Below are positions 11,201 through 24,832 of a stretch of DNA of 64,000 bases, piece after piece. The DNA is from Enoplolaimus lenunculus. Taxonomy: Eukaryota. The stretch covers positions 434,001 to 498,000 of the forward strand of contig JASANG010001329.1 of the NCBI GenBank assembly GCA_030248215.1, written 5' to 3'. Under the pieces are notes generated by a model. That model searched no databases and was not told the DNA's origin. It saw only the letters and a program-made list of their open reading frames with translations. The position numbers and the translations under genes are program-made. Positions within the stretch are counted from its first letter, which is position 1. Each line of letters starts with the position of its first letter.

Positions 11201-14124
11201 TATGTTTGGTCTGAGAATTGAAAAGCCATTCTAAAACTGGACTAAAATTCGGTGCGCTATTTTTTTTACATTTGGCGTTTATAGGCTGATACAATCTACG
11301 CATAAGTCCTGCAACCCACTCTGGAGTCTACGTAGAGCCCCCGCCTCGTTCTTAAGCGTAAGCCTAACCCTTATAAGGTAAGAATAAGCCAAAGCCAAAA
11401 ATAGTTTAAAGCTTAAGCTCACTCTATTGCAATCCCGCAGAAAAACTTTCAGCATCTCAGCTATACACAGGATCAATTTTTATTGTCTGATGTCCTGCCT
11501 ATTTCGAAATTATGTAATTACTCGAACCCAAGAGTCAATAATGCAACTCAACAACTGTATGCAATTTGCAGAAATATTTTCGACCCAAAAAGTACCGGCA
11601 CGCGTTGTCGATTTACCACACTCGTTTATTGAGTATAGTTGGTGCTTACAACGCAAAATTTGCATATTTTTAAAATATATATAAACAAAGCAGCCCAACA
11701 TTTGAATATTTCAACATGAAAAAATGACAGAATCCTGTAATTTTACCCCCCATAAGAATTGAGTAGGTATAAAGAAACCACAACGTGTACATCCGAGGAC
11801 GTTGCTTTATACTTTATTCACTCTTACTTAGCCACAATCTCGCAAAATTCTATTATTCAAAAATTCCACCCAAAAAACGGTCCAAACCTTCCCGTAGGAA
11901 ATCTCGTAGTTAATTTTTTTAAATTCAGGTTATTTGCCTTTGAAATAAAAAACTGAGCTTCTGAATGATTAATTTGTTCCTTGACTCCAATTCACCGCGA
12001 GTTGCTGCGTTGAGCAGTAGCTTTAGCTCAAGTTGATTTCGTTGTATTGGCGTTTGGTAATTTTAGACAATGGAGTTAAGCTATTAAAACGTGTAGTGTA
12101 GCAACGCAATTTATCAATATCAATGACAGCGATTCACAATACAAATTAGATTACATATTTTAAGAAAACAAACACAAACTTTAATTTAATTTATTTTTCT
12201 GTAATATTTCTAAAGAACTGACTTGATAATTGGGAAGTTTACTGAAACCTGGAAATATTTTTCGCTGATACTTGAATGATGCCAATGATACATATAGGTA
12301 CTTTTGATATCTTCGTTAAAATAACAGTTAATTATCATGAAATCCGATCCGACCATAAAATTTTAATCGCTATTGACTTACAACGCATGACTCCTATAAA
12401 GATCAAAAACAGAACGTTTTTCTACATGACTGCAAAAGCGTAAGCTTTGAACTAATTTTTTGCTTTCTTGCACTTAGGCTCATGCTTATGCTTAGGCTTT
12501 AGGCTTCGGGTTAAGCTTATTCTTAACCTTAGGCTTAAGTTTAGTCTTTAACTTAGGAATATGTTTATACTACTGTTTTACGGCCCTGTTCAATTATACA
12601 TTAGCCAATTTTGCGACCATAAAATTTTAATCGTTTTTGAGCTACGCCGCATTAATACTTTTTGCGATTATTGAAGAGAAAGCACATTTTGTAATTATTG
12701 ATCATGTTTATGATATCATCAGGTAGGTTTGATTTGCCTAAAATAGATGATTCTGCTGCGTATAACTTTAATCTTTTAATCCATCGATAAAACTGTGAAT
12801 TATGTTTGCAATTAGTTACACAATCTAACAACACTAACACAACAATTACAGTCGCTTATTCTTGTGTATATATCTGGTTTTTATATAAATAACGGTAGAG
12901 ATCTAGTTTCATTCAACCCGACATTCAGATCCCGGACACTCGAGTGAAAGGCGGATCCTATCATCACTCAGCTAAAAAAGATTTACGCTTGAGCCTGTGG
13001 AAACTATCACGTCTTATGACCTGGATAAGAGGGGGTAATAAGAGAGGCTTCCCGATTTTGAATCCAAATCGATAGGAGTCGGTTTCCTTAATTATAGTTC
13101 GTTAGTGAATAGAGTCGTTAAGTAATGATTAGAGTCCATAAAAGAGTACAAAACAGAAGAACGGCCTAGACTGCTCAATGTGTAACATACACTCAGACAA
13201 CTCCAATAAACTTTCTTAATAAAATCCAAAACAGTTTAAAGGACTTAGAAGTCAACAGAAATGCTTCGTAGTGCCAAACAGGTCGATTTTGCCCAAAAGA
13301 AAGAATATAAACAGTGTCCAGTCCAACTAACATTAGGGAAATTGTAGTAAATCCATGAGCACCTTCTGGAAGACAAACTAAATATCAGTCGCCCGACCTA
13401 AAATTCAACACCTCAAACCTATTGCGAAAACATGAGGTCTGTGAGTTTCAAATTTATTTTTAGAAATCACAACTTTACTCTCATTAGGTTCATGATGACT
13501 GTTTATGACAAGTTTTGTGATTTCGTGGGCGAAACAAATTTAAAGTTTTCCTTACTAAACTCACTGCAGACAGCTTTGTAGCTTTTCATTTTAGATACCT
13601 ACTAATAGTCTTGGCAGTACTGAGACGTCACGAATTATAGGTCTAGATTTCGCACTTAACGTTTTCTCCCACATTTAATTTTAAGGCTTAGGCTTGGGTA
13701 GAGGCTTTCGTTTAGGCTACACATAAGTATGAGCTGAGCCTAGCTTGTGTGCGAAAAGTATACAAATACTACGTATAGTGATGCGGATTGTGTCAAATCG
13801 TTCACATATAAAAATCAATCGAAAGAAACTTCGCGAGCGAATCCAGCGCGAAACCAATTTATTTGGACCATTTAAAATTTTGATGCACAATTCATTACTG
13901 TATTGACCCGAATAAGAGGGGGGTAATAAGATGGAGGGGTCCCCATTTTGAGTTCGAATCAATAGCTTAAAACTATCTAACAACTGACATCAAGAATATT
14001 GATGTGAGAAAGCGTTGATAAACTATTGGAAATGAGAAAACCTGACAGGGACTGTAAAAGCCAACTAAACACACTATTTTTGATAATTTTATTATACTAA
14101 CTGCAGCTAATAATTACGAGAATC

Positions 14125-16100
14125 ATGGTGATAGGTGTCGTGTGTTTTGCAACGATTACGCTGACAACGCTGGTGTGCTTTGACCGTCCTGCAATGGGGC
14201 TATCAGGACTGGACACGAGAAATTTTCAAGTCGGATTTGGCAAACGAGCACCGTTGTTGGATCCGATATGGACCGAACGTAATTATAAGCTGCCTTCAGT
14301 AAGTTTTATAAATTTCTATTGTATTAAAACAATATGTTTCTATAATAGAACAAGAACTTGCCATACAGGTTCTTGTATCACGATTCATCTCCTTTTTGAA
14401 AATTGTGCAGTATAGTTTTGAGAAACATAAAACATTGATTGTCTTTTTGGCCAATGCTACATTTAGGGCTGTAACATTGGATTAATCACATTCCTAAGCC
14501 CAAGCCTATGAAGCCACAGCATGGAAAAAGTGTAAAACTAAGCGTAAGCGTAAGTAAAAATATTGTCTAAGGCTTTAACCTAATCTTTTGCAATCCCATT
14601 AAGAAACGACACATCCCCAAAAGTATCATGGCCGTTTTTCTTATGCGTTATGCTTAACATATAGTGCCAAAATTCGAGCTGCCCATGCATAGAACAGAGC
14701 CGGATCGCTTTCCGGCGGGGCTGTAATAGAGTCAGATTAAGCTTTATACTAACTTTTTGGCTTAGGCTTAGGCTCAGGCTTAGGCTTATTGTAGTGACCC
14801 GAATAGAGGAGGGACTGATAATAACTTGGCCTCTCCAGAATGTACACCCGTATTATTCCGCTACGGACTGTTATTTATTTTTAACCCACGCTTCGTTACC
14901 CTTCGTTACTGATATATAATGTACTACAAGTATCTGTTGAATTAAACGTTTATTTGTCTTGTATCAGTAGCTTGAGCGGCAGTGAAAAGTTACACTTAGG
15001 AATGTACCTTCAAAATTTAAGTACGCTTTAAAGTTTCGAACTCAATTTATTTGGTCCTGGAGTCATTTATGGACTATAATTTGAGATAATTGACATTTAT
15101 GGACTCTAATTAAAGTTTAGGGACTCTATCGGCTTACGGACCCTTACTAGAGATACGGACTCCTATTGATCGGAACTCAAAATGGGAACCCCCTCTTTTA
15201 TTCGGGTCGCTACAGTAAGCTTAGGTTTTAGGCTTAGGCTTAGGAATGTGCTTATACTACTGCTCCGGCCCTGTTCTATACATTGGCCATTCGAGCTAAC
15301 ACGTTAGGTGTACCAAGAGTGCATGATACAAGAGTATGCAGCTCTTGGGGCTCCGCATAGTACAAAATGTGCCACCGGGCGTTGCGTGTTTGGCCAACAC
15401 CCCCTTTGTTTAGAGGGGGTCGTTGTTACATGCAAAACCCTAAATCAAACTATAAGCGGGCCATTTTTGTTGGGGGTACACCAAAACGCAACGCGTACCG
15501 GGTATATTCGTTTCTATACAGAATGTACCCAGTTGCATATATACCCTTGTTAAAGTATGCATCATCCACTCTTGGGGGTACAAAGCGGCTTTCAAAATGT
15601 AGAAAGATTGTAAAATGTCAGTGTACGTACAACCTAGCACGTTGCGTATGCTTGTTGAACGATGGATTTAAGATTAAGTCTACTCAAATTTTAATAGTAT
15701 GGTAGTTTACCACGTGTAAACTGTTGGGCAAACCTAAACGTATACGGTTCACATTGGACGATGAGATTTAACTTTCTGCCACTGTACAGAACAGCGCCGA
15801 TTGTATAACGATATATCTAAGAATAGCTCTAAACCTAATAGTAAAAAGAAAGTTTAAAGCTTGAGCTTACCCTATTAGAATCCTGCAGAACAACATTGCG
15901 GAATTGATCTTTAGGTACATAGGACAATACTTCTATTGTATTTTTAGCACCTCGACTATCTTTTATCGCCGCCAGCAAAACGAATGCGCAGCCTGTCGCT
16001 AGGATTCGGCAAACGAATGAGATCTTTAAATTTGGGATTTGGCCGAAAACGTGCCGCAATTCCAGAATATGACGAATTTCAGTATTCTAACGAAATGTAG
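14125..16100 (+). CDS. nlp-6: GFamide neuropeptide precursor, NLP-6-like (allatostatin-A/buccalin-related group); join(14125..14298,15948..16100), 108 aa
   Basis: Hydrophobic signal peptide. Phase-0 intron (TCA|gtaagt ... tttttag|CAC). Predicted peptides ...GLDTRNFQVGF-G-KR, KR-MRSLSLGF-G-KR and MRSLNLGF-G-RKR; the last resembles C. elegans NLP-6 AAMRSFNMGFamide. Confidence 0.85.
14680..15288. mobile_element. TTAGGC-bearing Merlin-like MITE with a nested TA-flanked MITE at 14789-15215
   Basis: Outer 8-bp TSD ATTCGAGC (14672-14679, 15289-15296). The inner element TTGTAGTGACCCGAATA...TATTCGGGTCGCTACAG is flanked by TA and splits the TTAGGC array. Confidence 0.8.
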
Positions 16101-16796
16101 CGAAAAATATTTCATAACAACTTTGCCAGTGTTACTTTATTGAATTGAAAGCGCGAATGATTAACTGTTGATGCATATAAAAATGTGTTTTTGTTGCAAA
16201 AACGACGCAAAATGGTCAGAACTGCATTTGTTGCAATATACTACTTTAGCAAGGTTCCAACGAAATTCCGGTTCCTGCTGAAATTGTCAAAATATTTGTT
16301 CCCATTCGGATTTCGGCTCAGAGCATGAAAGATTGGTTTCGGTTAAATATTGTTCAAAGTTGGAACCCTGCTGTATACCTAAATTCTATGCGTGAACAGG
16401 TTAATATAACGAACAATGACATCACACACAGTGACCAGTTTATAAAAGCTGCTACTCTGTATGTATCTGTAGGCTAAAATAAATGCAATTTTAGTGTGAT
16501 TTTTGGTTCAAAGTTTTTTGAGACTGTAGTTTGAATTTTAAATATATTTGAAACAGAAAAATAACCATACTGGAGGCGGATTTTTGCTACGAAATTTAGA
16601 ACTTAATTGAAAGGTACTCATTTGCAGAAACACAACTATTATTCCTACCAATCACAAAATGACCTACACACATCAATATTTGTGTCATATTTGATACAGG
16701 TCATAAAAACCGTAACTAATAGTCTACACCTGACAATCCATAGGACAAAACGCATAAATGTATCGAAATATGACATGTACTGCGTTACGAAAACAT

Positions 16797-17168
16797 GCCC
16801 CAATGTAAATGTGACAGGGCCGTAACAGTAGAATAAGCATATTCGTGAGCCTAAACGTAAGCCGAAGCCTAAGCGAAAGAATAAGCCTATAGCAAAACCT
16901 AAACCTAAGCAAGAATCTTTAACGCTTACCCTTACTCTATTGCAGTCTCGCGAAAAAAGGTCGAAACCTGATCTTCACGTGGGCCCAGAAATATCAACAA
17001 TATTACGAGGCCCATGTAAAGATCAAGGGCGGAACTTTTTTCTGTGGGACCAGAATAGAGTAAGCTTAAGCCTTAGACTAATTTTTTTGCTTGGCTTTAG
17101 GCTTAGGCTTACGTTTAGGCTTAGGAATATGCTTATAATACAGTTCCGCCCCTGTTCTTTACATTGGC
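16797..17168. mobile_element. Two adjacent, oppositely oriented TTAGGC-bearing MITE copies (about 16797-16985 and 17009-17168)
   Basis: Family termini and GCCTAA / TTAGGC arrays in opposite orientations. Confidence 0.65.
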
Positions 17169-18153
17169 GATATGACGATGTATCCGTTAATTTAGCCACA
17201 AAGCCGTTCAAATGAAAATATTAACCTGATCTTATTTTTCTACACCTTTCGGAACGCTGTGATCCAAAACTTTTCAAAAATTCAATATTCGTTTATTTAA
17301 CTACAAATGCAAGACATGTTCAAATGGCCATAAACTGTGCAGCTATTTTCAAGCACGATTCCTTGAAGTTTTGGTGCGTCAGTTGAGTTACGAATTTCGT
17401 TACATTTTAAATAACAGCATTGTTTGAATGCTTGACACCCATTCAGTCGTTTTGATTTCACTAATTCACCGTCATTAGTGTACGCTAGTTTCGATTTCGG
17501 TATGTAGTAATCACGATAGCATTGATCTGTTTTGTCCTAGAACAATTTCGAACATCACACGTGTACCTCCGTATTTTTGACTTAGATTCCACAGGCGTCG
17601 AATGCCGTAATCTAAATTTCAGATGGTTAGATACAGGTATTTCCATCAAATATTCGAAACAAACCTACCAATTCTAATTTCTAAAGCCATTTTTGTCGTA
17701 ACGCACATTATTTATGAGTGTGGACGGACGCGTTAACCTTGGGGTAACGCAGCGCTAGAAATGTGGCGTTTTAGAGGAGAAAATTGAAATTTTTAAAGTA
17801 AAATGTTCGTGGAAAATTTAAGACATGACTAAAATGGCGGTTCGCTTCTGAATCGACCGCTTCTGTCGCTAATTTATGATTACTACCTTTCTTCATATTT
17901 CGCGCCCCACCCACGCCCACTTCCTCGTTTTTGAAATCCTGGATCCATGTTAAAACAAACACAATGTTATACAGTGTTTGTTGGACTCTCACGCAAATTA
18001 ATGTGTGCAACTAATTATAACGTGTTATCTTCGTTTATGGAAATTTACCTTTGACTAGCGTTATCCCATACCCTAACGCTTGACACAGAGCAGTTTGTAA
18101 CAACCGTTAAGCAGGAGTTAACAAGGTTACGGTAGGGTTAACGCGTAACAGCT

Positions 18154-20561
18154 TTAAAATTTATCACGCGTTAACCCTGCCTTATGACACATTTTGTGGC
18201 AAGATTTCACTAGACTAATAATGGTTACTAGTTTGCCGGTATTTCGATTGCCACATGAACACTTTTTGAGTGAACTTGTATATCCAAGCCGGTTGCAATG
18301 TGCTGAAGTGACCATTCCTGGTTTCGCTTCGCAATATTGTTGACAACATTCTTCAAATGCTTGGCATTTTGTAGTCGAACTTGCTCGAAGCCTGCGCACG
18401 TTGCTATCACATATTGCAGATAAATCCACCTGAATATCCAGCTAAACAATAAATATTAAGTGATACAGTTTCTTCCAATTATCTCGTTATATATCAGGGT
18501 GCGACCGGATATCCGGCTCCGACAAAAAGACATCCGTTTCAGGTATTTTAAATTACCAGATATTTTTCAAAATTTCAAAAATTTTAAACCTTCATTTGTT
18601 AGGCCGACTACAGTGGAACTGATTAACTCGTGTACACATTTTTCTGTCATGCAGGTGATGTAAATGTTTGCATGTGCCCGTTTACGAGTAATATCTATGC
18701 AAGTTTCTGTTAATACACACGTGATTTGCAATTCTTTCCAACAAAAAGTTTCAAAAAGCATTAGAATTCTTGCAATTGGCAACCCTGTTAAGCTGCTCAG
18801 ACAGCAATTGTGGCGCCATCTATAGAATCAAAGGCGTGCGAGACACGGTGGCTAAGAACCAGGTTGTAGCCATTTTTTTAAGTTCAAGACGGTACGACTG
18901 CATTAGAAACTTCGGACTCTAAGATGTATAAGGTTATTCTGGAGCCTGCATAAATGCGCGTTTTATTCTCTATTGTACTATTTTTGGACGAGGTATATCC
19001 CTGTTAATATTCCTCTCTTGTATACGCACCTAGCTGAAAGGCTGTAGTCTTCTAGAAAACAATTTCGTTGTCTAGTTTTGAGGGCATAAGAATCGTTCTC
19101 TAAGATTAATTTCAATACAAAAAACAATAAATAAACCAACCTGAACTGGTTCATGATTATTCCATCCGTTTCGGCAAACACAATTCTTTCGCGCATCACG
19201 ATAAGATGAACCTCCGTAACAAACCATTGAGTGAGGTACACTGTCAGTGTGCCGGCACATTTGGTCACAACAGATATAGAACGCGTAGCATTTACGTTCA
19301 TCAGCAATTGGCAGTTCGGAAACTTGTGAATCGCAAACTTTTTTGAAGCACGTCTAAAATGGAACGTTAAGTTTTAAATCCGGTGTATTTTACCGCCTGG
19401 TACGAAACACAACGTCAAAAACACGTCTAAAGGTGGTGTAAAATGGTGTTAACATCCACATTTTAGCTTAGGCCTAATTTTAAACTAGGATTCGTACATG
19501 GAGGCTCCCGGAGTCGAGGCATTTACCGTCACCATTCGACCCTAGATTGACGCTCGATACCCAGGGGCCAGAAAACCTCACACAGAGAGAAAAACTTTGC
19601 ACCCATGTGAATTTAATCAAAGACACCAGGTACAATTATTAATCAACCCCTACTAAGCAGCGGGCAATCGGATGGGAAAATACCGGAACCGAAGCTATGG
19701 GTTCATAAATTTTGCGGGAGCCGGATGTGACGACAAAACCAAGTAGCGTAAAGCACCTTTAATTGGCAAAGTTTTAATATTCACTTAAAAGCTGGTATCC
19801 GAACATGGTTTTAGTCTGTTTTTGGAGAATTTTTGACAATTTAACCCCAAAAATTGCCCAAAGTTCACTATATATAACAAACTCACTGCATAGAAATATA
19901 TAAATATTTCGCGTTCGAAGTTGCCGGAAACTCCGGCAAAAAATTTTAGCGAAGCCAATCGAAGCCAGGTCCAATTGCATCCGTAGCAGAAATCAGATTT
20001 TCAGGTGTACTCTGCTACTAATTATGTTTTTACCATACTGCCACCACTGATACCTACCGATAAATATTTTTCATCTGCTTGCACTGCTGAGCATTCGCAC
20101 TTCATACGGCTGCTTGGTTTGCTTAAATCTGCTCCCGCCGCAGAATCTGTAAGTTGTTCTGATTTGTCTTCACTGACACACATCATGCGTCGTAGTTGCT
20201 GTCCAGTGCGATGGCACAGTTGTTCACAACACGCGTTAAACGCGTTACATTTCTGTGTATCAGTTAATTGCGATGTGCCACTTCGAGATTGGAACATTTG
20301 TCGAACACCGTCTGAATGAATATTATTGCTTCTGTTATTATTATTATTATTATTATTATTGTTGTTGTTGTTGTTGTTGTTGTTGTCATTGTTATATTTG
20401 TTGTAATTGTGACTGCTGCTCTGAGAAAGAATGCTTCCAACCTGTGAAACTGCATAAGAACACACTTCGGTCGGCGAAAGCTGCTGTACTCGTTGTTGAA
20501 CTGTCGCAATTGAGCATAATAAAATAACAAGAAATGATGCAAACGGGCTGGAATTGGTCAT
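18154..20561 (-). CDS. Secreted cysteine-rich protein with three tandem 8-Cys domains; complement(join(18154..18441,19141..19353,20034..20561)), about 342 aa
   Basis: Signal peptide (FASFLVILLCSIA). Two phase-0 GT-AG introns keep the frame open. Each exon carries C...KCxAFxxCCxQxC-x11-C...CxC. Exon 1 has a poly-Asn tract encoded by (AAC)n(AAT)n. Confidence 0.8.
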
Positions 20562-21903
20562 ATTTCGTTTTAGAGGCTGTTCAAATTCAGGCGAGTATAT
20601 TTTTTGTTAGCCTGTTTGGATAACATAAATTGTTAATTCGGCTCCTTTCGTGAGTGATATTATGTTTGTGTTGTTGTTCGCTTTAACTTATATGGTGGCA
20701 CATAGCGGGCACAGTTGGTAAGATCGGCTTGTCAATTAAGATTAGAAGTATACGTGCGATTTATGAATGATAAAATGTTTAGCAACCAAGATGCAAAGTT
20801 GTTAAAAATCAATTTGACAGAATCAATATAAATAAGTTTAATTTTATGTCTATATACTTAAATAACTTGAAATTAAATTCAGGTTGATGATCTCTCATCA
20901 AATGTTATAGCACAATAGATATATAATATATATAACATAGGCCAATCTGCTATTCAGGACAATTAATAATTGGCATGGGTTAATCTGCTATTTTATGCAT
21001 AAGCAGTGCGGCCTGGAATAAACAACAATGAAGTTATGGACCAACCGGATTGATTATTTGGACATCGAACTGAGAAGCTGTTTAGGTTTCCTTGAGAACA
21101 GTATAAACAAGCTTTATTTTTAAATCTGCTTCTATTCAATTTAAATTAGTCTAAGACATTTATCAGTGCAAATTAATTAATATTTTGTTGTCAACTGGTA
21201 AGGCCGAGACCTATTGTTAGTGTCCTGACGCTCAAGAGGTAGTAAATAGCAGAGAAAGAATAGATACAATACATGACGTATATCTCTCCTAATAGCATCT
21301 GCATCTGTTCTAACTTTCCACAAAATTTACAAAAACTGATCCGTCTTTCGACACCGCACAATGATGTGGGTATGTAAAACCCACAAACACTTAAACAAAT
21401 ATTTTAATTTATAAGCTTCTAAACGTCCGCTTGTAATAGTCCTTTCGTGTTTTTGATGTAACGCTTTTAAACCAGCTCCATAAAAACTTGTCAGCTCAAA
21501 AACTTGTAGTTGCTCTTTTCGAGTGCAGTTTACGGCGAGCTTAAAGCCAATTGACATTTTTTCAAGAGTGTGGCGTTAAAATTTTTCACTTTTTAATACT
21601 GATGTTTATTATGTAAATATATGCTGACCGTCGATATATGACTGAGTGTATGTAAACTCATTAAGTTTTTACATCTTACAAGTTGTCATATTTTTGTCCG
21701 GATTATTCATTGATTGAATTTACCTGGCACTTTTAATACCAATTTTCTTTTACTGAATATATTTCCGCAGCAAAACACGCCATATAAGCTTGAATATTGC
21801 TCATTAACAATTGTGCTGCGACCATCTTTCGAGCAGACACGCCTAGCGTACAAAACAGCAATTCTTAAAATTAAGGGCAGCGCTATACATTTGACGACGA
21901 CTG

Positions 21904-22050
21904 GCACCGTCCTTCACCCGTACGGCGCCGATTGTCACCGTGCGACAAGGTGCGGTATCATGCGCGAATTACTCACGTACCATTCCGCATGTTGACGGAC
22001 GGCGCCGTACGGGTGAAGGACGGCGCCGTACGGGTGAAGGACGGCGCTGT
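21904..22050. repeat. Small GC-rich foldback element with 21-bp subrepeats
   Basis: CCGTCCTTCACCCGTACGGCGCCG is inverted against tandem GGACGGCGCCGTACGGGTGAA copies about 70 bp downstream. Confidence 0.65.
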
Positions 22051-22599
22051 ACAAGTATGGTGCAACCCTTACTCGGAAGTTTATTATATTTATATTACGA
22101 TGAAGGCCCATGTACTTTGATGGACGAACCATTTTTCCGATGCATAATAGAGTGAGCTTAAGCTTTACACTAACTTTTTTTGGTTCAGGCTTAGGCTTAG
22201 GCATTGAAGTAGGTTTATACTACTGTTACGCCCCTCAAAGTAGCATTGGTTACGACGGAGATTATACACAATGTTGCAACGTTTCACCTGTGAGCAAGTT
22301 TTTACTGATGGTTTTACCGGTGGGATGAACGTGATAATGCTGTTGATGGTAATTGTAACCATTTTGCTTGGCTTGGGCTTAGGCTTAGGCTTAGGAATAT
22401 GCTCATTCTTACGCTTAAACTTAGGAATATGCTAATAATACTGTTCCGCCCTTGTTTTTTACATTGGCCATAATATAACTTATAGTTGAAACATTTTAAG
22501 GCTGGATATAGAATGATCAGGACATGTCATAGGGAGCCAAAATGTATATGTTAACCCTTTCTACACATGAATATTTCCAATTTCATATGAGATGTATTT

Positions 22600-22668
22600 T
22601 CAAGGTAAGATTCGAACCCCAGTCACACGGGTGGGAGGCGTTTACGATGACCACTGAGCTATAGGAGC
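22600..22668 (-). mobile_element. tRNA-derived SINE head or tRNA pseudogene
   Basis: The minus strand has an A box (TAGCTCAGTGG) and a B box (GGTTCGAATC) at tRNA-like spacing, but acceptor and T stems do not pair well. Confidence 0.5.
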
Positions 22669-23480
22669 TTGACGCTCGAGCCCGAGCAGACTCTCACGTC
22701 TTGTGGAGATTTTGCACTGCGCGCATATGTTATAAATGTCAAACACTGCCACAGTGTGTGTGTATTGCTCGTACATTATTGTATTCAGTTGCTCATAGTA
22801 TACTCTATGAGTGAAAGGGTTAAAATTTTCACAATCCGATTATTTTCGGATAAATGCCAGCTGAAGAAAGCTTGGCCATAGAATTGTATCCAAACAATAT
22901 CAACATACCGCATACATGGGACCTAAATATGCTGCATTTATAGCTCTGTGTTATCATCTTTTGTGAACGTATACGTTGCTTCAAAGCATGGTATGCATAG
23001 AAGGAATTAGTATAATATTCAGCTGAACCTTAATTAGCAAATTGAAATTTTGAGTAAGTACCTAATTTCGCCTCACCACCGGCTCTTTGTTGAACTCTGG
23101 CTCCGGTATTTTTGCTTCAGTTGCATCATGCAATGCAAATTAGCGACCGCTGGCAATATTTAGACTTTCGTTAACCATTCACCTGGTGATGCCATGTTTG
23201 GTGACTTGTTTACGCTGTTAATTCCTGTCTAGTAAAATGGTTTAGCTAGTTATCAATTTTGTGTTTGTTTTTAAGATAGTCAATATAAAAAGCATTCCAA
23301 ACGCCATAATGACAAAACAAATAATGGTTATTAACCAGATAATATAGGTCAAAATTTACTCAGTTATTACTATTTTTTATTTCGTCTTTTTGGGTCCGAA
23401 GGGAGAACACTTTCGCACATTAGAAAATTCGTTAAAATTTACAAAAATTGAGCATAAAACGATCACGGAAGGTAGTCCAA

Positions 23481-23598
23481 AATACAAATGTGCACAATAT
23501 TTAAAAAGGACCATTCGGACTTATTAACACAGCACGTTTTACAATACAAATGTGCACAATATTTAAAAAGGACCATTCGGACTTATTAACACAGCACG
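23481..23598. repeat. Direct duplication of 56 bp (62-bp period)
   Basis: AATACAAATG...ACAGCACG is identical at 23481-23536 and 23543-23598. Confidence 0.9.
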
Positions 23599-24832
23599 GT
23601 TTATTTATTAGGGTGTACTAGAGGTTAAAAATACCAGAACCTGAGGTCAGCAACACTATCGGAGCCGCAAGTGACGTAAAACTATGTAGCATTGCCACAA
23701 ATCCGGACTTTAGAATATTTTTATGACATGCCGACAATTTTTGTCCTCAAAATTGTACGAAAACTTTTATCCAAACGCACCGAGCGACGAAACTTCCGGC
23801 AAAATTTCTACAAGAGCTTGAGCCAGATTTCGATTTTCTGACGAAGGCGGAGCTGGAGGTACAGCTCCGATTGTACCCTGTTTATTTGCAGATACTAAAT
23901 CAATTAATGGTCGCACTATAGAGCTTTTCATACAATTAAATTCCACATTGATTGAACAGTATACATTGACTAATTTTGCCCTGGACGCCCCTCTAAAAGT
24001 AACATTGGCCGACGACTGTTTAGCCTAATTGTCCTCTAAAAACCTTAAAACTTGACTTAACACTTTTATTTGGTTGACGAAATAATTTTGTATGTTTGTT
24101 TATTGCGTAACATTCACGGTGAAACAGGAATTCCTGTTCCGGTATGGCAATCCTGTATTTTTCACTATCCGGTTCCGGTAAGAAATCCGGTATTTTTTCG
24201 CCGGAATTTTCCGGTATTGAAAATTTAACAAAAATTGGCATATTATATACATATTCTAACTTAATATATATTTATCTGAAATTCTCCGAGCGTGTATTGC
24301 CAAAATTTTCAATTTGTGCCACACTCCATAATTTATCATAGGTATGTTTCTCTATACCTACTGCATTTGTTTCAGGATTTTGTCATTCTAAATGGTGTGT
24401 TTGCAGCATTAAAAGCGATAAGATAGAGCTTAAAAATGAATTTTTCGGTAACAAATATTTTGTTTTCCGGTTCCGGCATTTTTTAACTTTCCGGTTCGTT
24501 ATTTTATAATTCTGGTTGCACCCTGGTAACATTGTATATTAAGTGTTAAAAATTATAACTGTTCTATTATTCGTTCGTTAAAGCTTCACTGTTAGATTAT
24601 TCCTTGCCTACGCTAAGACTTAAGAAAGTGTTCATACTAAACGTTATGCCATGAATACTTAGATGGGCGCACAGTTTTTCCGCATTAATGTAATTAAGCA
24701 AGCTTAAGCTTTAGACTAAATTCTTAGTCGGCTAAACTTCGGAATGCGTTTATAGCAAAGTATCATATTTCAAAGCAACATTGCCCTGCGATTATGTGAG
24801 AATTATACTCAGTTTAGAATTAGCATCTTTTA

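Noticed and set aside
14789..15215. Solo LTR interpretation of the TGTAGT...CTACA repeat family
   Set aside because: Copies have ~19-bp TIRs flanked by TA rather than 4-6-bp TSDs, with no PBS/PPT or internal retroviral sequence; a Tc1/mariner-type MITE fits better.
16724..17215. ORFs rich in LRLRLSL/KPKPKP (also 7843-8116, 61240-61437, 63431-63746)
   Set aside because: Artefacts of degenerate TTAGGC hexamer arrays.
22600..22668. Functional tRNA gene (similar A/B-box-like remnants near 40225-40305 and 41895-41955)
   Set aside because: Cloverleaf stems do not pair; better explained as SINE heads or pseudogenes.
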